Assembly (NCBI RefSeq): GCF_964213995.1
Contig: NW_027590213.1
Location: 496,001 to 560,000 of the forward strand
DNA length: 64,000 bases
Reading direction: 5' to 3'
Source of the DNA: Mustelus asterias
Lineage: Eukaryota
The position numbers and the translations under genes were made by a program. This document shows, in pieces, positions 59,916 to 64,000 of the stretch. Position 1 is the first letter of the stretch. Each line of letters begins with the position of its first letter. The notes below the pieces were generated by a model. The model ran no database searches. It was given only the letters and a program-made list of their open reading frames with translations, and was not told the origin of the DNA.

Positions 59916-62900
59916 AAGATGTTGACGGTGCTCCCACTGCAGTCCTGTGATGAAAATATAGACTGGTTGGTGAAATGTAGGTAACAGGTAGAATTGATAT
60001 CTAATGAGGACTTTATACTTTAGAATTGAATACAGGGTTCATTGTTACTAACGGGGAAAGAAGGGTTAAAACCCTGACCCAGAACCCTTTTCACACACAC
60101 GTGGACATCTCTGAATCTGACACACACCAAATGGAACGTTACACAAGGGGCTGGAATTCACTGGAATTTCTTAACAACCTTTCAATAGAAATGTCCTGGT
60201 ACCGACTGTGACAAAGGACACAACAGACAGCAAGAACCAGGAGGAACCTTTAACACAGAGAATGTTAATAACCTTGTTCAGGACACCGGTGCCAGGCACA
60301 GGAGGATCCCAGGAAAAACGGAACATTTAATTTCTGTGTTTCACAATTCTAAATGACTGATTCTTTAACATAGGAATGTTTAAAAACAGCATTGTGATAT
60401 TCCAAGGTCAACTGTGTCTGGGAAAGGGGCACACTGATGTGTTTTTATTTTAAACAGGAGGATCCATTGAAAAGCAGCTCTGGACGATATGAGCACCTCC
60501 TGACCTACTTTCAATTCATTTCAAATCATCCATCACTTTCCGTGGAATATTCTTTATTCTTTCCTGGGATGTGGACACTGCTGGCAAAGCCCCAGCACAC
60601 GTTGCTCATCTCCTAATTGCCCTTGAACGGAGTGACTTGCTCGGCCATTTCAGAGGGACAGTTAAGATTCACCCACATCGCTGTGTGGGTCTGGATTCAC
60701 ATGTCGGCCAGACCGGGTAAGGATGGCAGATTTCCCTCCCTAATAGGGAGCATGAAGAGGGTGAACTGGATGGGTTTTTACAACAGTCGATAGTATCATG
60801 GTTACCGTTTCTGAGACTAACTTTATATAATTCCAGATTGATTCACTGAATTGAAATCCCACCAGCTGCCTGTCCCCAGATCCTTTGCTGGGTCTCTGCA
60901 TTACTCGGCCAGAGACATTCCCACTATCCCACCACCTCCCACTGAATGGAATATTCCACACAACCCCTTAGTTAAACAGGAAGTAGAAAAGAGAAAGGCT
61001 TTGACCTTTGGATGACCTCATCACCAACTACAGAAACCTTACAGCTGACCATTCTGTAAAAGTTTATAAACTTTATTTTTATAAAACACAGAGTAAGAAA
61101 CAGGTGAAAAGTAACGATGGACGTTGTGACTGACATCAGAAACATTGATTGACCGGATAAACACTCACTACATCACAGAGCGATCCTCAACCATTAAAGA
61201 ATTGACCCACAATAAGGAATGAGAGAGCCTTATAAAAAGGGGCAGGAGTTTACACAGAGAGGTGACACCCACAGCTGCTCAGGATGATGGAATTCAGTTC
61301 AGGAAGGGGATAAAGTGAGAAGCTTTTGTGATTCAAGGCAGAAGTATTGAACAATCTGGAATCAGTGCTTCTCGAGTTTGCTGACGAGCCGAACACTTCA
61401 ATTAATCTCATCATAAAAACCCCCAGTGTAAATAACATGGATTTGACTGACAAATGTTGAAGTGTTGGTTTAGAGCCACAAGTTTCAACTTCCCATTTGA
61501 GCCTGGGGTACCTTTTTGTCTCTCTATTGCTCGTGTCAATGACAGCCAGGCGACGGAGCTGAGGGCAGCATTTAGCTGAGAATAATGGGGCCTGCGCCCC
61601 AGTTGGGAAACTGCCCTGGGCGTCGCACTAATAGAGAGACAGGAAGGTGCTGGAGAACTGACTGGGAAATGGGCCTCCAACCAATCAGGGCACCGGAGGA
61701 GGTGACCAGGGCTGATGGTGACCCCCCAGGGTTCAGTGTCCCTGTGTCCAAAGCGGGGTGTCACAGGAACAGGGGACAGAGGAGCTGAAGAAACACGATT
61801 TGTGTCCAGAACATTGTGAACATCCCTTTACTCTGGTTGTCTTTGATCCTCAAGTCATTTTCTGTTTGTTTTAACCATGTTCTGTTTCATTAATAAACTT
61901 TTATCAGTAAAAATATTTGATTGTTCTGGACTTTTCCTGATGAGATTGATGCACTTTAGGGAAAGCGGGTGAGAGGGGTTGGCAGGCTCTTTAACAGAAA
62001 GTGAGTCCCTCTAAGGTAATTGGCAAAGGAGCCAGAGGGGGAGATGGGATTTTATTTTTGACACAGCGATGTTAGAAAATGGGGTTCAGGGAGTCAATTA
62101 ACCCTTTCTCCCCTTTTCCCAAACTCTGAAATGATTCCCAGTGATAACCCTTATTGGTGACAGTGGTTAGATTTTATTCAGGATCAATAAGAGCTGACAC
62201 AGGCTAATGTCTGAGCAGTCGTATCAAAGTGCAGCAGCATTACCATTACACTCTGGGTAGAAGCAGCATCTCCACGGAAATGCTCCCTGCTTTGCCCCAG
62301 ATGCCATGGCACCAGTCAATGCAATATGTAAAACCTCGACAAATCTCTGTGCTCGGGGAATCCCTTCTTATACTTTTTTACATCACAAAGACGATGGAGA
62401 CTGATTTTACCCAATCATTGCCCGGCTAACATTTGAACGGACCAATTACAAAACGTGTCATTGAACCATCTGTACCCGCACAAGCCACGTCAAACTCTCA
62501 AACAATTGTCTTCCCACGCTCCGTCCCTGGTACAGGGAGTCAGCATTCCCATGGCAAGCAGTGAAAACATGGTGGCCTTGACACCCAGGTGTCATCCAGG
62601 ATTCAAGGCCCTCCTGTTTTCTCTGTCCTCTGGGAGCTGTTTATCTCCCTGCTCCCACACAGCAAGTCGTCTGTTCTCAGCTCTGCTGGATTTCTGCTGA
62701 AGTTTGGCCCCTTTTACACCTTTCAGATCAATAAAACATTTGGTTAATGACCCAAACCACAATTTCCCATCCTGTCACCTGTCAACCATCCTTACCCAGA
62801 GCGTAATCACAACAGGAATAAAAACAGGAGAAGTGTAACAATCAAATTCAAAATCAATGCACAGCCAGTCACAGAATTTAACCTAATGTTCACTAATTAG

Positions 62901-63935
62901 CAAGAAAACCCAAAGTAGGGGGTCCCCCAGGATTCTTATAGTCCACACCTTGAGGGGGGAGAACTCTCTCTCTGATCCCTCACTCAATTTCACTCTGTTA
63001 TTTTCCAGTTCTGTTCTGGCCCCGCCTGGGGTAACATCTAATCGATCTTTCCTACTACTGAAGGAGCACCGTGAGTTCTAGGTTACTTGTACATAAGGAC
63101 AGATGCTTCAAGCAACAGATCAAGCATGGATGTAAAAGATTCTCCAGCTCTCTCTTTACCCCTGTCCAAATTGTGGACAGTTCTTATTCAGTATTATTTC
63201 TTCCAAGCCCTTAATTGTCCCAATCTATAATATTATCCATTTTACTTTAACTTTCCTCACTTTGTGTCCCTGTGCAGTGTGTTTAATTGGATCCTGATTG
63301 TTTTGAACTCAGTTTCTCTCTGGAGTGTGTGTCAATGCCTTGATGATGTCACAATGTTGTCTCAATCCCCTGGCCACATTCACCATTTCATCTCCTGCTG
63401 TGTCTCAAGTAGCTGTGTGTGTTTGGGACCCGCTCTTCACTCCATCTCACCATGAATTTAGGCTTGCTATTTTTCACATGTAACAAATCACATCTGTACA
63501 CTCACTCCGGTATCCCAAAATCATGTCACACATTCTTAACTCTCAGATGTGTTGATGAAAAGATCAATGTATCTGTCTTTCTTATCTCCTCCTGTTATAG
63601 TGCTGATATTTCATATAATGGCTGGGCTTTCAAATGTGGATTTCTTTTTAACAGAGTTCATGGACAATGATAAAAGTTCCAAGAGAAAGTGATCCACCTC
63701 TTCATCCCATCTCACGTTTTAGAGGTGTTGATGGAAAGGAGGTCATTGATATTGTGAAATATCATAAGAATAAAAAATCTACCAATTCAGACAATACTGA
63801 GATGTCAATCATTAAGCAGGTTATTGATTGTGGAGTAAAACCATTGACATATTTGCAACCGGTCTTTTCAAACTGGGCTATTTCCCTGTAAAATGAAAAT
63901 ATACTAAGTTACTCCATGGTTTAAAGCTGGTGGTA

Positions 63936-64000
63936 AACATAGAAGAAACCCTACAGTGCAGAAAGAGGCCATTCGGCCCATCGAGTCTGCACTGACCACA
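63936..64000 (-). mobile_element. HE1/HER1-type 3' tail, running off the window
   Basis: Reverse complement of 34495-34550. Confidence 0.75.

Larger units (their letters stand above)
54355..63715. repeat. Segmental duplication copy B (inverted relative to 18531-27383)
   Basis: See copy A. Confidence 0.93.

Overview
This is eukaryotic, repeat-rich vertebrate DNA, most likely from a cartilaginous fish (shark), judged from HE1-like V-SINEs, CR1/HER1-like LINEs and a Deu-domain SINE. The window is a dense cluster of about 11 tandem C2H2 zinc-finger (ZNF) genes and pseudogenes on both strands, and I see no KRAB, SCAN or BTB domain in any of them. Each ZNF exon follows one of two conserved intronic cassettes and opens with a conserved leader (about LEGEDLQ..SNQTSHQDLTESLDSSGPEYHRPLNMEG) that is usually broken. 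In seven genes translation appears to start at an ATG inside a finger linker (HTGEKP->HTMEKP). The genes sit mostly head-to-head around CpG-island promoters carrying NRF1, YY1, ZNF143-like and CCAAT motifs, and they have been multiplied by inverted duplications (18.5-27.4 kb vs 54.4-63.7 kb; 16.4-18.2 kb vs 31.8-33.4 kb). Between them lie one apparently intact CR1 LINE (38.3-42.6 kb), Penelope-like elements with inverted arms and minimal hammerhead-ribozyme motifs, Rex1-like and L2 fragments, SINEs, a probable LTR remnant and several minisatellites. All family assignments and alignments were made by eye, repeat boundaries are approximate, and no database search was run.
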